DNA of 64,000 nucleotides, taken from NCBI RefSeq assembly GCF_008831285.2, contig NC_045138.2:42470001-42534000 (forward strand), written 5' to 3'. A model generated the notes under the pieces. That model was not told the DNA's origin. It made no database searches and saw only the letters and a list, made by a program, of their open reading frames with translations. Numbering within the stretch: the first letter of the stretch is position 1; each line of letters begins with the position of its first letter. This stretch comes from Nymphaea colorata (Eukaryota). A program made the position numbers and the translations under genes. Below, piece by piece: positions 39,290 through 53,277 of the stretch.

Positions 39290-42200
39290 CATTGGATAGG
39301 TGGCTCAGTGATGCAAACTGTGTCAATGATCCTATGGCACATAAGCAATAGGAAGAATGTTGTAAATTAATATGGAAGTGAAATGCGTTAAGAATATTAT
39401 GAAAAGGTAGAAGGTATAACTGTGTAAAAAATGTTGGCTTTCACTCTTAAGTCTGAAAAGCTTATTGAAGATGGCCTCTATAGCAAGAAGACTTTCAATT
39501 TTCTCCCCTAAAATTGGAATCATGGTAATCTCTTTCTCAAGATATTCAATTTCATCTTTCTGCCCTATGACTTATGCATGTAAAACCATGTTTTGTGTCA
39601 GCAAGTCATAACAAGTAGGCATTTCATCTAATAATTCATGTGCCTTCACGCCAATCCTTCATGTGCACACACATCCATATTTATCTTCACCAAGTGCTTG
39701 GGACAACACATCCGTTCGAGATCATGAATCTGGTTCACCTTCTGGCCTTGCAGCAATAATTCCTCTACTATTGTCCTACATATAGTAAATTTGTATAAGT
39801 TGTGTTGAATATCTACAATTAACTCAAAATCTTTAAAATAATGTAGTGCTTAAAATGATAGAAACAATTCAAAGCAAAATGTGTAATAGTTTTTTTCAAA
39901 AATTAGGATAAAAGAAACTAGTCTTATAGTAATTGCTTGTGTTTCTGCATTATGGGTGTTGCACATTAGACGATGTACATGTCCCTATCCAGAATTGATC
40001 TCTAGAAGGCTAAAACTCACCTACTAGGACCTAACTGCCCCAAAAACACACCAAGCATCTCATGATGTGTTATTGTAATACGAGTAAAATAAAATAACAT
40101 GACACAATGCTTTCTATTTACAACTTCTTTTTTATATGAAACAAAACTTTTAGTTCCAGTGGTGTGTATAAACTTATGCTTGGAACGATTCTCAATATTT
40201 TTTTTTCCTCAAGGCCAGCAGTTTGAAATAATAGATATAAAGTAAATATCTATAAAGTTAACAAATGTATTTGACATTGATGACATACCATTTATACCTT
40301 TAATTTTTCAGTATCAAAGTGTTCCATAAGAGCCTTCCATTGTTCTAACAGGATGTTCTCAGGACGATTGTTCAATCGGTCTTAGAAATTATTGAACTTA
40401 TTGTAGATAAGTCTAAGACTATGTCTCCAGTTTCACCACAGCCTAGCATATTCAGCGAACTCCCATTTCTTCAACTTCACACAAATGGTATAGTATTGCT
40501 ACATTGAATTCAAGTAAAGTTAAACCAACAAAAAATAAGGTGTCAAATAAAAATTATGTATAAGAATATTATACCTTTACAAGATCTCATAACGCTTTCT
40601 TATAAGTAATAGGAAGTCTTTTGAACTCAAAGTAGTTTAAGGATGTCTTATGAGGATCTCGAGCTACTATCCTGATAAATGTAGTAAACTTTTGTGTTAC
40701 ATCATCTATAGATTGATAATATGATTTGTATGTAACTATTGGTTTATTTCATGATGGCTGATTAATAGTTGTTAAAGCCCATGATGCTCCTTGTTTCATT
40801 CTACATGAGTTAGGACCTATGCAATCCAAGGAAAAATGTGTTAGTATCATTAATGTAATTTACACATGATATACATTATTAGCATAAAAAATTTAAAGAA
40901 ACTATAGAGACATCTTCTTCTTGAGTCTCATCTGAGCTATAATAAGGATGTGGATCCTGAATATGTGACATCTACATATCAACCATATATAGTTTAACAT
41001 ACACTTTAATTGAAATACTGATATAATCATAATGTCTAACTAAACTAAAGAAAGCAAGCTTCTCTACAATATCAAGTTGTACACAAGTTATACCATAATG
41101 TGAAGAACATGACAAAATTACCAAAAAAAAGTTGTAAACACATATGTAATGTACTATTTACAAAAGTGTATTACTCAATAAAGATGTGTCATCATGTTTT
41201 ACCTATAACTACATCCATTATTCACATTGCTCCCTTATGTTAATTATAGCATAAGTGTCATGATGAATAGTAACCCTTGTAACATCATTTTTAATGATAC
41301 ATACTTCACTATCTTCATCGTTTGAAGCTACCAATGCTCTATCTTTAGATTGCCCATTTGCATCTTTAGTAGGTTATACTAGTCTATCATAAAAATCATG
41401 AGGCCTTCTTTGAAGGACAACTTGCCATTCTAGTTCAATAAGATCCTCAACATCAAAAACTTGTTCCACTTCACTTACAAAAAGAAATGGTTCATCGGCC
41501 ATGCAAGAGTATTTGGATTTCACAATAGTAAAACCAAATCGATCAATTTTAATGCCCTTTTCATGTAGACTAAGAACATCATGCTACTAATGTTTGAACA
41601 AAACAAATTTTAAGCTAGGATGATATGGAACTTCAATAATATCAATAAGAAAATCATAATATGTCGTGCATCACCAATAATGAGACTTTTACCTTTGGCA
41701 CTTGAGAAGATCGATCTCTATGTAGTTACTACCACACTACTGTTTTTGTTTGTCTTCTTTCCTATGTACTTTTAGAATGAAACCTATACCCATTTATTAT
41801 GTATCCTTTGTATCTTTTGACAACAAGATGAGGATATTGAGCAAAATATACAAGTTCATCATTGATGATTTCATTAGCTGCTTTTGCCATGCAGCACACA
41901 AATACAAAACTACTTAGGAAATTTCATCTTATATATGCACTCTAATTGATGAGGTCTTTTTTTATTTTGCCTCCTCACCAAAGATAAGATTTTCCTACTG
42001 CAACAACAATATTGTTAGCTTACATGTATAAAGTATGTGTTGTCATGTTCATAACAACTAGAGTGAGGAGGCAAAATCAGCTAACATAAGTTTAGGTGTG
42101 TAATCGAAGCCAAGTGGAGGGGCCTAGTGACTTATACTCCTCTAAGTGAACGACTCCTTAGGGAACCAATCATCTTTGGTAAAGCTTCTTCAACATCGTC

Positions 42201-44142
42201 ATTATTTCTTACAAGTCTACTCAATATAGCCTCCATGTTATGCTAATATCTAGAACAAAATTGAAGACATTCATATGCAACGTAACCCTCAGCAATAGGC
42301 CCCTCCACTTGGCTTCGATCACACACCTAAACTTTTAGTCTAGATAAGAACCTATTACATAATACAATAAATGTAAAATCAAAATTGTAGCTATTATAAG
42401 ATGTAACATGCCTTTCAATTGGGTACATCCAATGATACTGCAGTGTTCCTCCCAATCTCACCTCCTCAACAAGATGAATAGTTAAATGTACCTTGATGTC
42501 AAAAAAAGATGGTGAGAAGTTCATTTTCATGTGACACATTGTGATTGCAACACATTCTTGTAATTGGATTAACTCAGGTTCATGTAATGTCTTTGAACAT
42601 ATTTTTCTAAAAGAACATGTATAACTTAATAAGAGTATAATGAACTTTATAGGGTAATATTCTTCTCACAGCCAAAGGAACAAATTAATTTAACAACATA
42701 CAATCATGAGTTTTGAGGACTGCAATTCTTCTTTCCTTCATGCTTACGTGTCGTGACATATTAGCTGCGTAGTTATTAGGGAACCTTTAGACCTTTCAAA
42801 ACCTCACAAAAAACTCTTTGTTTCTTCTTTGCTCATAGAGTAGCATGTAGTAGGTAAATATATTTTTTCTCCTTGGAATTGTAGATGCAATGCATGTTGC
42901 ATGTTCATCTCTTGTAAATCTAGACGCACATCCAAATGATCTTTTGTCATCTGCTTTGTATATAATAGTGTGCCAGTAATGCCGTCACATATGTTTTTTT
43001 CTATGTGCATTACATCCAAATTGTGACGCAACATACTATGTTTGCAACAAGATGAACAAAAAAAAAAATCTTTTTCCAGTTTATAGGGTAATTCACGTAC
43101 CTCATTTAGTTGTTCTAGTACATATGCCCCAGATAATGGAGCAAGAGTAACTCTCTCTTCAACATCACCATTAAATAAAAATTTATTAAACCTGAACTTG
43201 TGATTTGTAGGCAAAACTCTATGATGTCCCATATACGGATGTTTTTAACTGCGCTTCAAAAAAGGCAAGCAAGTATCATTGTTGCATAGAGGGCATGCTG
43301 GTTTCCCTTTTGTATCCAAACTGACTAGTTGGCATAAGCAGGAAAGTCATCAGTAATGCAGCTCGCAACTGGAAGCATTTTTCAATAGATGCATCATATG
43401 TTTTCACACCTTCATCCCATAACAATTTTAGCTCTTCGGTTAGTAAGGAAGCATCCATTTTCCAGGTGTTGTTGGATCAGAAATTAATAATGCTAATATT
43501 TTTTATGTCCACTTCATACAAACCCATAGAGGCAAGTTATAAGCAATTAACCACACTGCCCAGATGCTATATCATACACTTAAAGTTCTAAAAGGATTTT
43601 ACCGATGAAGTTTACTTGCAAAAGACTCGCTGTCGAGGATGTCAAAAATAAGCAGGCTACTTATTCGAATTGGTGGTGACTAGAGAATGACAACCGATCA
43701 ATGACTGGACAAGAGGAAGTGCATATTTCCTGATGATCTAACAACAATAGATGCAGAGAGAGCGATGGTGTTGGGCAGAAATAATCGGGCGCAAAACAAG
43801 CTTTCTTTTGAGGCTTCGTGGGAAAGGGGGTTTTCTAGTGATGAGTTGTTTGGCACTAGAACTCATGTACTGATGCTAGGGTTTCCAAGGTCACCACTAA
43901 CAAATCTATAGCACTCAAAATTATTGCGCAAGGAACTTTAATTTGTGTCCGAGACAACCACAACCAATCTATAGCACTTAGTGGACCAAGGCCAAAGCAT
44001 TTAATGGTGAAAAAAGGAACGCCTTAGTTTGTTCATATACAATGGTGCTTCAAAACTCAATGCTATAGATAATGCATACATAACGTCAAAAATGAGCATG
44101 TGCTACTGCCTGCTTTAGGTCCGGCCTTGTTTTCTTGTAGTG
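39290..44142 (-). mobile_element. Decayed CACTA (En/Spm) element 1: TnpD/Tnp2 remnant (~41230-43600), TnpA/Ptta-like remnant (~39290-40960), 5' terminus at 44142
   Basis: LRHNLDVMHIEKNICD, FFDIKVHLTIHLVEEVRLGG.LQYHWMYPIER, ELKLLWDEGVKTYDA, NRSKHKFIHTTGTKSF. Terminus reads CACTACAAGAAAAC on the minus strand. The transposase N-terminus is deleted and the left end was not found. Confidence 0.88.
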
Positions 44143-44253
44143 CGATGGTGCTCCCATGAGGCTGCTCAGCTGAGATGAGAGAAGCAACTGCTTATGGTGG
44201 CTCAATATGTGGGATACACATGTCACCGTTAAGAAAGAAAGGGAAAAAGTTAG

Positions 44254-44324
<71 letters not shown>

Positions 44325-44579
44325 GTATATGTAATGAGCCCATACACCTGGCACACTTTGTCACATCTACACCAAGTATAGCCTGTTCAATGTCCTTAAA
44401 TCAGATGGCCTGCTTTTTAATGATTTCCCAAAAAAAAAATCAAATGGAGCCCACTACTTTCTCTTTCCCCGCTCTAACATCCTCTGCCAAGCACCAGTGA
44501 GCAGCTATAGAAGAGAAGTCAGCCAATGTACATAGGTGTGCTAGCGCATCTATTTGAACCCAATAAATAACATCATCAA

Positions 44580-47500
44580 CTACCTTTGATATTTGAAGGT
44601 TATAAGATTCACTATCCCAAACATTTGGGTTTGCTTCACTAATCATTTCATCTGAGATAGTATCTTGACTTTGCATAACATATAAGTCTCGATGTCTCAT
44701 TTTCACACAACTTGCTAATCTGTGTCAATGGGTCATCTACATAAAAAACTTGTTCAACTTGAGATGCAAGCACAAATGGTTCATCATCCATGTATATATA
44801 TTTAAAGTTTACAAGAACGAAACTATACTCATCATTTTCCATGTCTTTAAAATGTGTCAAAACATTGAACCATTTAAGTAAACTTCAAGTCATCATAATG
44901 CTCTACTTTGAAGACATTTGTAATAATACCGAAGTAGTTAAGTACACCAATAATAGATTTTTATCTTTTACATTAGAAAAACTCAAAATCTATGCAGTGA
45001 CAACTCCAATATTCTAGGTTTTCTCCTTCCTTCTCTTTCAAATGTATGAAAACAAAAACCATTTATGGCAATACCTTTATATTTCTTCACAACCTTTTGA
45101 GGGATATTGTGGCAACAACATAAGCTCACCATCCACTTGTTGGATTGGACTCCTTTGGTGTAACTAATGAATCAATTGCAAATGGATGATAACTTAGACA
45201 AATATGTGTTAGATGTCTAACATGTAGCTTACATGATCTTGAAATCATTCTGGAAACTTGGACTTGTGTAGTTACTCATTTTAATAAGGTCTTTTATAAT
45301 ATTGTCTTCTCATTGAGTCTAAATGTTGCCCGCTAGATAACTAGCTTATGAATAAAGCAAATATATATAATCATTTGAAGTTAAAGATTTAGTTAAGTTC
45401 CACTAACATATGATTGATAAAATATATGTATGTACCTCTTGGAGCATTTAGTTGTCCATATCTATCAATTCATATGCTCCCAAAAAATAACCTCTCCGCA
45501 CACATATGAAACTTTGTGTTGGCTCAACATCTTCATAATTTCTTTCATGCCTACTAAAACATCTTTCTATGCCACTCAAGTACCTAGAATAAAATTTAAT
45601 CTTTCATTGGCTAAATACCCTCGGCGATAGATCTTTATGGTTACTTTTGTTACATACATATGGTTTCAGCTTGAGTAAATACCTTAAACAAAAAATCATT
45701 GTAAAGATTAGTATTTATAAGTTAATATAAACTAACAATTGAAATAATATAAAATATTGTGGAAACTTACATTCCAATTGGATACAATCAATGATATTAT
45801 ACTGGTTTGCCTTATACAACTTCATAAACCAAGTGAACAGGTAAATACTTTCCAAGCAACATAGCTTCAACATATTTTTTCCTATAAATGCTTAAATTCA
45901 CTTCTTTTCTAACTTTAATGCATAAATCATTGAAGAAATTGCACAACTCATTTAACACTACACTTGCTATTTTTAGTAAAGATAGTGAAAAGAACTGATG
46001 AATTAACATATGACAACAATAACTCTTTACATGATATTTTTCTAGCCCTTTGAATGTACACATTTTGAGATATTTGATGCATAACCATTTGGAATCTTTA
46101 AATTATTGAAGACATTGCATAATATGGTTTGTTCTTTTTTGCCCATAGTAAAACATGTTGCATGCAATAATATCTTATTAGTTCTATTTCGTTTTTTAGT
46201 ATGGATTCATTACCTTATATTCATTGTTTTTAGGTCTAAATGAGAATTGTAGTGATCATTTGTCTTTTCTTCTAGATTCAACAATGTGCCAATTATAGTG
46301 TCACACAAATTTTTTAATGTTCATTACATCTAGTTTGTAACGTAATATGTTTTACTTTCAGTATGGTAGAGTGAAAAATATGTCTGTCTTTTTCCAATTA
46401 TATAACAATTGTTCATATTTCACTTCTTCCAATATATCAATTCTAGAAAGAGGTAGTGGAGCACTTCTCATTTCTTTTGCTCCACAGAAAAAAATGTCTA
46501 TCCATTCTATATATATGATCTGTAGGCAAAAAACTTTGATGGCCTATGCAGCAATCCTTACGACTATTTTTCAGCAGATAAGAACATGTATTCTCATGGC
46601 ATATGGGGCATGCTAACTTCTTCATTGTACTCCATCCTAATAAATCTCCCTAAGCTGGAAATTGTTTACTGTCTATAACAACATAACATGCATTTGAAAA
46701 CATTGATTACTACTTTTATCATAAGTTTCTATACCAATACCTACAATAATTTCAATTCATTAATTAATTACTGCAAATAAACATCTGTTTTTTCTCCAAT
46801 AGAATTTGGCCATGTGAAAAGATAAAATCATGTATGACTACTTCACACACATTTATTGCGGAAAGTTATATATAATAATCACAATTGCCACATATATATA
46901 TTTTATAACATACTAAAAGTACGAAAGGGTTTGAACTTGTCGCTTGCCAAACCAAGCCTAAACGTTACGACTGTCTAATGCAAAAATTGGATGTAACTCA
47001 TCAAATGATCTCCAAGCTAATGAATCAATAAGTTGCTTTAGTATACAATCTTTAACGCGTCCTTCATCATGCTATCTCGTGTCTAAAGCAATCTTTAGGT
47101 ACATTCTTTGAAATTTTGGTATTAGCAATCTTTTCAATTTTACTAGAGATTTTGTTCATAGTGTCATTCATTTTATCTACATCCTCTACATTGAAGCACT
47201 GTAAATATCACATTGATCTTTGTCAAAATATTCCTTCCAAAATATTATGCAATTCCAAGGACATGCATCTATCTTATCATAAGTCATATCCAATGCCACA
47301 AGTACTTTCTTTGTCTCACAAAAATGCTTCATCATCATACACCCTTGGTAAAATGCTTCATGTAATAATTCTAATAGCATATTAAATGATATGTTGCTCT
47401 ATCTATACATGCACTTCATGTGAAAATAATCAAATTTGAAAGATAGCTTCGAGAATTTAAGGCATTTAGGATATAGTTCTACTTCAACATCTATTAGCAA

Positions 47501-47900
47501 CTTCATGTATTCATTACTCGGTAATTCTTTATCTTCTATGTCATTATCTGCATGTTCATATGGCACATCTTCTGAATGTACTCTGAATGCATGTCTAATC
47601 AACATATGTGTATTATCTTTGTCATCTTCTACAATCTCATTATCATCATTTTGATAGGGCGACAATGGCTCACCATAATAATGCCAACGATTATAATTTT
47701 GAACAACACCAAAGCATACATAGTGATCTAAAATATATATTGCTAGTTAAAATAAATAATTATTGCACTCTATACAATGACACAATATTTTTCTAATGAT
47801 TAACATACTATTTTCCATACCGAAATCAGTGAAACCTTCAACTCCTTTGAAATATTTAACATTTCTTCTAAAAAATAAATAAATAATTTTTAAAAAATTA
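44580..47900 (-). mobile_element. Decayed CACTA element 2 transposase
   Basis: ELYPKCLKFSKLSF, YDKIDACPWNCIIFWKEY...C, LACPICHENT, FKGLEKYHVKSY.CH.L, DEPFVLASQVEQVFYVDDP. Many lesions; no termini found. Confidence 0.88.
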
Positions 47901-48677
47901 AAACTCAATTACAAGGTATCATATCGTAGTAAAAATAAAAGAAAATGTTACCTATCTTTATCTTCAACATTCACTTTTATTGCTTATATACCATCCAACT
48001 AATAAAATTAAACAACATATTAATATAAAAAACAATATAAAAAGCAAAACACATTAAGCAGTTCACTTTATCATGATACCAATTATGAAATCATGACTTG
48101 AATCAAGGTATATAATATGCAAATTAGGCACCTTGAAATAGTATATGGTTTGTAGTAGCAGTTTTAGACTATGTGGTTCAATTGTATGATAAGATTCAAT
48201 TGCAAATACCTCTCATAAACCATCATAATGACATCAACCAAAAATATTATTTCATACATAATTGATAAACTTGCAAAGCTACATTTCTTACACCTCGTCT
48301 TCATGCAATCTAACAAAGTCAGCAATAGAACACTACTTCAAATGTGAGATCGGGTGTGTGTGTGAGTGAATGAATAATGTATTGCAGTATGAGGTCATAC
48401 TACAATACAATTCCTACAATTCCACCCTCAGATGTCTCACGTATAATTAAGAGAAACTTAGAAGAAACACAATTTTTCTTGTGCAATAAGTGTTATAGTA
48501 GGACCTTGTAAGCTTCAACTTGGAATTGTCAAATTCACTGTGGTGTTGACCAATAAAAAAGGCCCTCAATAAATTGAATTGATTTCCTTGCTGTTTTTAA
48601 GTTGTTGTCTTCTAAAAATAAGGGAAAAAACTTCAATAATAAGATAATTGGAATTCATACACATAGTATCATACTAG

Positions 48678-48715
<38 letters not shown>

Positions 48716-48728
48716 CATATATAATACT

Positions 48729-49899
48729 TTAAGTCATTTATAGTATGTTACTATATGTATGGCAGCTTTGGCATACATATGATTTCAGTGCAAATTGTAA
48801 CTTCAATTGTGTTTTTAATTTCTTTGTTTATAGATTTTGCTTTCTTTCTTTCCTCTTTCTTAAAAGTTACCCCAAATCTCCCACAACCTAGAACAACTGT
48901 TTACCCTTCATAATGTGATTTTAAAATAGTTTTCAAAGCAGGATTTCAATAGATGGGGCCATGTATTCGAATGGAACTCTAACAACTTCATCCCAGCATG
49001 AGGGACCTGGACCTAGATCACTTAGGCGCCATCCTAATAAAGATCATTTTGCACTTGTGATTGCTTTTTGAAGCCCAAAACTAAGAATTGCACCAAGGAA
49101 CTCCGAGAACCTGAACCATTAGTATAAAATTCTCACTTTTACAAGTGCAAGCATCCCAAAATTTGCCATTATATAGAACACCATTTTGCCCTGAAATGAT
49201 AGGAAATCTCAAAAACTCTAATAGTGATTTAGAACAAACTCAAATATGGTAATTCTTAGCTCTATAAGTCTTTCAGGATTGTTGAAATCAGCTCCGTAGC
49301 TCTTTCGGCAAACTTAAGTCAGCTCACCCTAGCTCAAATCAGCCCATCAAAACCTAAAACTACAATTGTTAGCTTGACCATATATCCTTAAGTTCAACCA
49401 AGTTCAGAATAGGTTTACCTTAGTGGGGAAAAAAAAGTATTATTTCACTTACTTTGAGTTGCCAACCCTAATTTAAATCCTAAATTAGCTAACAAGTTCT
49501 AGAGCTCACTCTCCCTTTCCTGTTTTTTCAAGAGTTTGAGCTGAACTTGAGTTCAACCTAATGGAGTGAGTTAAAACCAAACTAGGATCATGTTATCATG
49601 TATAAATCCATCTTTCCTTAGTTTGATTTGAGTTTATTCATCCTACTTTGAGTTTCATACAGTTTTGAAGGTCCCGAAGCACACTCCCTCTCTCTTATTT
49701 ATAGAGGTGTGAGCTAAACTTGAGCTCAACCTAATGGAGTGAACTGAAATCGAGCTAAAATTGTATTTATCATGTGTAAACTGATCTTCCCTTAGTTCAA
49801 TTTGAGTTCATCCATCCTCGTTTGATTTTAATTCAATTCCAAAAGCCCAAAAGATCACTCTTTCTCTTATTTAGTAGGGTCTGAGCTGGATTTGAGGTT
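48729..49899 (-). repeat. Inverted copy of 6082-7270 (LTR 3' part plus flank)
   Basis: Colinear reverse complement, roughly 85-90% identical by eye, including the non-LTR flank up to ACTTAA. Confidence 0.92.
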
Positions 49900-50704
49900 A
49901 CATTAATAACCTCACCCAACTGGCTAGAACAGGATGCCACTTGGTGCCAAAGGTTACTGTTTTGCCAGTGTGGAATATACAAACCCAGTTTGCAATCAAG
50001 ATATCCTTTTTGATGTGCCAATCCATGCAGCAATGCATTAGTAAATCCCTATCAGGTGGAAGCTATATACACTACAAACATGAACCTAATGGCACATAAA
50101 CAAATATAGACTGTCAATCACCTAGCAGCTAGTGGGAAACTCATCTGTCAGGTCTGATTTAGATAGTCAACTTGAGCTTTAGGCACTAGTCTTTTCCTCA
50201 AGCTTTTAGACGATAGACCTTGTGCCATATTTTCATATATCCAAGAACCTTTATTTAGAAACAAAACTTATACAAGTATGAAAAAAGTTGGTGATGTGCA
50301 AATGAGAATATGAAAATTAAAAAAAAAAAGGTCAAGTGCTAATTTTTAATATACTACTTGAGGCTTTTAGTTGCTCAGAACCTGTCTGGTAGTAACTACA
50401 TATAGCTTTCAGCTTGAAATTTTAACCCTAACTACAAGAGAGGAAGCAGCTTGCCCCATGGTATTGATGTTTAGTCAAGTCTAGTCAACTTTCTTCTAAG
50501 TACCTCAAATTAATTTTTGTGCTTAAATTTTATAAAGTCAAACTATTTGCATAACTAGAACTAAATAAGAGCTGATGATGAGTTAATACGACTAATACGA
50601 CAGCATACCTGCATTTTTCATGTAATGTAAACTAATTGTCTTACAAGTGGCATGGTGAACTATCTCCTTTAATTTTTAAAGTGGTTGAGGAAACTACTAT
50701 CATA

Positions 50705-51215
50705 CATACACATATGTGTCATTTAGAGTGAAACTAGAGATATTCCCCACTTTCATTAATGCTTCCCTCCACTTTCTCACATTCTCCTCCTTCTGCTTCC
50801 CATTTGATTCATGCCTCTCATCAAATGCAAATGCAAAAGAACCAGTCTCTTTCTTAACATGCATGGGGTCCACATAAAAGAACACAAGAATTACTTTTTT
50901 GTTACACTCCACTATTTTGGCAAGCTCTTTTAAACACCATTGGAATCCACATAGCTCTTAGAGATGTTGGGGATATAGATCTTAGCTTTTTAAATATATT
51001 CCAGAAGCCTCTTCATCTTCTCACCCTTTTTCATGTTGTCACTGTCTCTAAAGTTGAAAACACCATGCTGCTTAATGCCCTTATACAGATGGTCTCCCTT
51101 GTGAGTGTCTTTATCTCTAAAGCTGAGGAAAACATCAAATTGAGAACCTTCTATGTTTATTGAAAAATATAATAAAGGAGCCAAGGTATTGGGCTCTGGA
51201 TCTGGTTCCATCTTT
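50705..51215 (-). pseudogene. TIR-domain pseudogene, copy 3
   Basis: MEPDPEPNTLAP...EGSQFDVFLSFRDKDTHKGDHLYKGIKQHG...KGEKMKRLLEYI*...WCLKELAK...VFFYVDP.HVKKETGSF...VRKWREALMKVGNISSF. Confidence 0.88.
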
Positions 51216-52203
51216 TCTTCCCCTATGTCTTCTACAATAGTTTCGTCATTTTGAGGGTTAATAGTTGTATCTAAAGCAGTTTTGGCCTTGAAACAAACAC
51301 TTACGCAGCGCCAAACCTTATTCCTATCATTGATCATGTGTTAAGGCAAGATCAAACTGTAAGTAGAGGAGCCATATGCATGTCATCTCTCTATGACGGG
51401 CTGAAGGTGGAAGCGATCTGCTACAGTTGATTTTGCTAGTACAAGAAAACTATGAAAAATAAATGAACAAGAATCTAAACACAACACATGTAAAAAGAGA
51501 GGACATACACAGTTTTTGCTTCTAGAGAGGACATACAACTTTAAACACTTTTGAGGGCTGCATAGTAGAGAGAGAGAGAGAGAGAGAGCTATACTTGGGC
51601 TGAAGTGCCTCTGCTTTTCTTTTTCTTCGTAGAGAGAGAATGAAAGAGGGTTTTGTTTTCTGGAATATTATTTGCTAATCATGAATAGTGGTCACATTTC
51701 ATATAAATAAGAGGAACAGGCTTTGTGAGAAGCCCTCCATGATAAGAGGAATAAAATTAAGACGGGTCTAGCCCAACGGATTGAACTGTGGAAATTTTTT
51801 AAGGTTGCCAACGGCCTCTAGTCCATTGACGCTATTAGATTTTGTTACGGTGTGAGCAACATCATCTAACCTTTTGGGGGTTGGTTTTCTGTTGTATTGC
51901 CGACAAAGCAATGTTAGACAGAAAAATCTGGTCTTTTGGGCTGCTTCTCACATTAATAACCTCATCCAACCAACTAGGACAGGACACCACTTGCTGCCAA
52001 AGGTGACCTTTTTGCCGCTATGAGATATTAAGGATACTTAACGTGATCTATCAAGAACTTATTCATTTTAACATTGAAATTGACTTTGGCATTTCGTCAA
52101 TTATACTACAAAGGAGCAAAACAAGCTTTTGCTTCAATGGGTACATATACACAATAAAACTGAAATGCCAAAGAAACGCCCAGAATTGGTGGAAGGAAAA
52201 AGC

Positions 52204-53277
52204 TCAGAGATGAAGGGCAGCCGTTGCATTGCGAGCCGCAGCCATTAAGCCATGGACCAGAAATCTGACACCATCCTGTACTTCAGACGCCACCTTGAGA
52301 TCGAGATTGTGTCTGCTCGCGGGAGGGAAGAAGAGCCACGTCCCCGTTGAAAGCAACGCCGTCAAAGTCATAACGATTTTTACGGCTCGCGGCAGGCGAC
52401 CTACTAGCCCAGGCCCCAGCAGCCCCTCCAGCCACTCTTCAGCCGCCGCTAGGAGGCCGTGCAGAGTAAAGAAGGCTGTCCACTCCCAGCTGGGCGCCTG
52501 AGACGTCATGTAGTACAGCAGTACCTCATGCATCAGGCCGGATACCAGGAAAGCGGCCACTACGCCGACGTCCCTTGCCCTCTTCTGGCCGATTACTCCC
52601 CCGCACGCAGCCCGGACTGGCTGGTACACGGCCTCTCGCAGCGTGCTACTGACGACAAGGTTCCATCGCCGCGCCCAGAAGTCGCGGATCGAGCTCGATA
52701 GGAAAGGCCGGTTGAACTGCGGCTGCAGCCTCACGCGCAGGCACAGCTGGGCAAGGACCGCCGCGGCGACGAAAAGGCCGTCAACAGTGACCATCAAGTG
52801 CAGGCTGTAGACGAAGATGACGATGCTCTGGTGCGGCAGCGCCTCCTTGTGCCCGTACACTCTCAGGCACAGTAGCATGACGATTGCCTCGATCGCGAGA
52901 TTAGCCACTGAGCGGAGAAGGTGCGGCGGCTGCTGGAATTTGCTGGTGGATCCGCCTGCGCGCTGCTGCGCCTTGATGGGGAGGGCCGCGAACACGAGGA
53001 AGCGGATGAGCGAGTCGCGGTTCTCGGCTAGAGGTCCCGAATCGAAGCAGAAAAGGACAAGCCGGAAGTTGCAGAGCCAGACGAGGAAGAAGGCGCTGAC
53101 GGTGCGGAGAAAGAGGGAGGAAAGCAGCCAGGGGATCTTCAGGAAGAGGTAGGCGATGGGCAGCACAGCCACGAGACGCGAAGCGTTCTTTGGTAGCCTG
53201 GCGACGACGGCGTATACGTAGAGCAAGGAAGCGAGGGCGATGAGCCACACTCTCGCCAAGCTCTCCATCTCGCCCAT
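52204..53277 (-). CDS. MBOAT-family wax synthase / long-chain-alcohol O-fatty-acyltransferase paralogue, intronless, 357 aa
   Basis: ATG at 53277. Same motifs as 7484-8557; 28 amino-acid differences counted by eye (~92% identity). Confidence 0.93.
   Translation of the reverse strand: MGEMESLARVWLIALASLLYVYAVVARLPKNASRLVAVLPIAYLFLKIPWLLSSLFLRTVSAFFLVWLCNFRLVLFCFDSGPLAENRDSLIRFLVFAALPIKAQQRAGGSTSKFQQPPHLLRSVANLAIEAIVMLLCLRVYGHKEALPHQSIVIFVYSLHLMVTVDGLFVAAAVLAQLCLRVRLQPQFNRPFLSSSIRDFWARRWNLVVSSTLREAVYQPVRAACGGVIGQKRARDVGVVAAFLVSGLMHEVLLYYMTSQAPSWEWTAFFTLHGLLAAAEEWLEGLLGPGLVGRLPRAVKIVMTLTALLSTGTWLFFPPASRHNLDLKVASEVQDGVRFLVHGLMAAARNATAALHL

Noticed and set aside
28164..44145. Pairing the CACTA end at 28164 (flank TCG) with the end at 44142 (flank CGA) as an inverted TSD pair
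   Set aside because: The TIRs differ after CACTACAA, and a 3-bp match is easily chance.
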